Source of the DNA: a bacterium
GTDB lineage: Bacteria; UBA8248; JACPRG01; G963555815
DNA length: 64,000 nucleotides
Direction of reading: 5' to 3'
Assembly: GCA_965261595.1 (NCBI GenBank)
Contig: CBDHDG010000007.1
Span: 640,001-704,000, forward strand
A program made the position numbers and the translations under genes. Positions 62,626 to 64,000 of this stretch are shown piece by piece. Positions within the stretch are counted from its first letter, which is position 1. Every line of letters starts with the position of its first letter. The notes below the pieces were generated by a model that worked only from the letters and a program-made list of their open reading frames with translations, was not told where the DNA came from and ran no database searches.

Positions 62626-63242
62626 TGTCTTTTTTTCATCGCCCGGGCCCGGGCCGCCAGCACACGCCAGACTCGCTCGACCTGCCTGCCCGTCTCCTCC
62701 ACAGGGCCCCGGTTGTTCAGGACGTAATCCCCATACGTTCGCTTTTCCGCCACCGGCATCTGCGCGCGGATCCGCGACCGGGCCTCCTCCTCGGACATGC
62801 CCTTGGCGGCCAGCCGCTCGAGCTGATCCTCGGCGTCCACGTCCACCACCACCATCAGGTCCACCCTGCCGGCGCCGCCCGCCTCGATGATCACCGCCGC
62901 GTCGATCATAACGACTCCATCCGGGTCCCGCGCTTCATGGATCGCGCACAGGCGATCCTCTTCTTCCCAAATTCGGGGGTGGACGATGGCGTTCAGCCGG
63001 GCGCGGGCGTCGTCGTCGTTGAACACGATCGCCGCCAGGGCCGCACGGTCCAGCGCGCCGTCGGGGCGGAGAACGCCGCGCCCGAACGCCTCCACGATCT
63101 CCTCGAGGGCCGGGCGGCCCGGCGCCACCACGTCACGGGAGACCCGGTCCGCGTCGATCAGGTGGGCGCCGTGACGGCGAAACATCTCCGCGACGGTGCT
63201 CTTCCCGCTTGCGATTCCGCCCGTCAGACCGACCTTGAGCAT
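62622..63242 (-). CDS. coaE: Dephospho-CoA kinase
   Basis: VGLTGGIASGKSTV, IDAD, LN.IVHP, RI.AQM. Confidence 0.96.
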   Translation of the reverse strand: MLKVGLTGGIASGKSTVAEMFRRHGAHLIDADRVSRDVVAPGRPALEEIVEAFGRGVLRPDGALDRAALAAIVFNDDDARARLNAIVHPRIWEEEDRLCAIHEARDPDGVVMIDAAVIIEAGGAGRVDLMVVVDVDAEDQLERLAAKGMSEEEARSRIRAQMPVAEKRTYGDYVLNNRGPVEETGRQVERVWRVLAARARAMKKRH

Positions 63243-63308
63243 TCTCCGGCCGTTTCCCCCGAACGTGATTTTTCCGGCGATGAATTGAATCAGGCGTCGG
63301 TCACAGTG

Positions 63309-63593
63309 CTACTTGAGGCCCCGGCGGACAAGCTCCTCTTCGTGGTGTTTGCGATAGAGGATTTCCCATTCCGGACTGCCTTCGGGAATCTTCCGGCCGT
63401 AGGATTGAAGGGTGTGGATCACCTCGTCGTCGATGGTTTCTTCGAGGCGGATTTCTTCGGTCATGACGCGAACGATGCGCAGGCGCACGTCATTGGCGGG
63501 CTTGAGCAGGCTGATCTCCTCGTCGGCCTCCAAGCGCTCGATGAGCTCTTTCGAGATGTGGTTGATCTTCTCCCGGCTCAGGCCCGTGAACAT
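63309..63593 (-). CDS. DUF507 family protein
   Basis: LSREKINHIS...E..ID.EV...L.S..R.IPEGS.EW.ILY.K...EEL. Confidence 0.8.
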   Translation of the reverse strand: MFTGLSREKINHISKELIERLEADEEISLLKPANDVRLRIVRVMTEEIRLEETIDDEVIHTLQSYGRKIPEGSPEWEILYRKHHEEELVRRGLK

Positions 63594-63604
63594 GGCCGCC
63601 CTTT

Positions 63605-63886
63605 CTACAAGATCAGATTTCTTTCCCGCACGAGGCGGCGCTTGACGAGATCGAACATCCGGGAATACTCGACGTTGCGGCGATCCATCTCGCCCTCGAA
63701 ATTGGCGAGTATCTCCCTCACTTCCTCGTTCAGAGAATCCTCGACCCGCAAATCACCGGCGATCCACTCCGTCAGGCGGTATCGCAGCCCATCCTCAGTC
63801 ATCTCGGTGTCGACGTACCCGAACCGGATCAATTCGTGGGCGATCGAGCGTGAGAGCCTTTCGATGACTTCCTTGCGCAACCGCAT
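63605..63886 (-). CDS. DUF507 family protein
   Basis: MRL.KE.I..L...DL.VED.LN.EV.EIL...MF..VK..LV.ER..IL. Confidence 0.85.
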   Translation of the reverse strand: MRLRKEVIERLSRSIAHELIRFGYVDTEMTEDGLRYRLTEWIAGDLRVEDSLNEEVREILANFEGEMDRRNVEYSRMFDLVKRRLVRERNLIL

Positions 63887-64000
63887 GTCGCTTCATCCCC
63901 CGCCCGGCTTTCCCGCCGGCCGGCCGGGCCTTCCCGGCCTCTCCTTCGCCGGCGCCCCTCCCGGGGTGAACTCCATCGGGAGCTGGCCTTCCTTCCTGAA

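Noticed and set aside
63893..64000. C-terminus of an upstream minus-strand gene with a QLPMEF clamp-binding-like motif
   Set aside because: Only ~35 codons are visible; too little to assign.

Overview
GC-rich bacterial chromosome segment. The tandem DUF507 pair, hisG-hisD linked to murA/prmC/prfA, and LVIVD and NMT1 proteins suggest a Nitrospinota/Tectomicrobia/Acidobacteriota-like organism (inference). The right half is a minus-strand housekeeping block: DUF507x2-coaE-rho-rpmE-prfA-prmC-murA-hisG-hisD-hisB-hisH-[RAYT]-hisA-hisIE-mutS2-dnaG-rpoD-tRNA(CAU)-Zn ribbon-rnhA-rnpB. The centre holds aceE-aceF-lpdA, transaldolase, a NodIJ-like ABC exporter, AlkA, dGTPase, a duplicated NMT1/THI5 cassette and a small Co-type nitrile-hydratase/thiocyanate-hydrolase-like locus. 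The left third is accessory: a HigA-EcsC fusion, a three-layer IS630>IS1595>IS3 nest with all target duplications visible, a phage-like repressor with operators, purE/tsaC, a degenerate pyrB-pyrI fusion, an IS1-like relic and two more IS3 copies that disrupt a TauE gene. The best leads are: (1) an NHase/SCNase-like locus with no beta-N subunit gene, divergent from an intact His-rich M28 pseudo-peptidase; (2) a near-invariant structured 5' leader shared by two diverged NMT1 paralogues; (3) a ~14-nt hairpin found inside three different palindromic repeat families; (4) probable ATC/CTG starts for mutS2 and prmC. Several frameshifts could be sequencing errors. No CRISPR array or rRNA was seen. All family assignments come from motif recognition by eye, not database searches.
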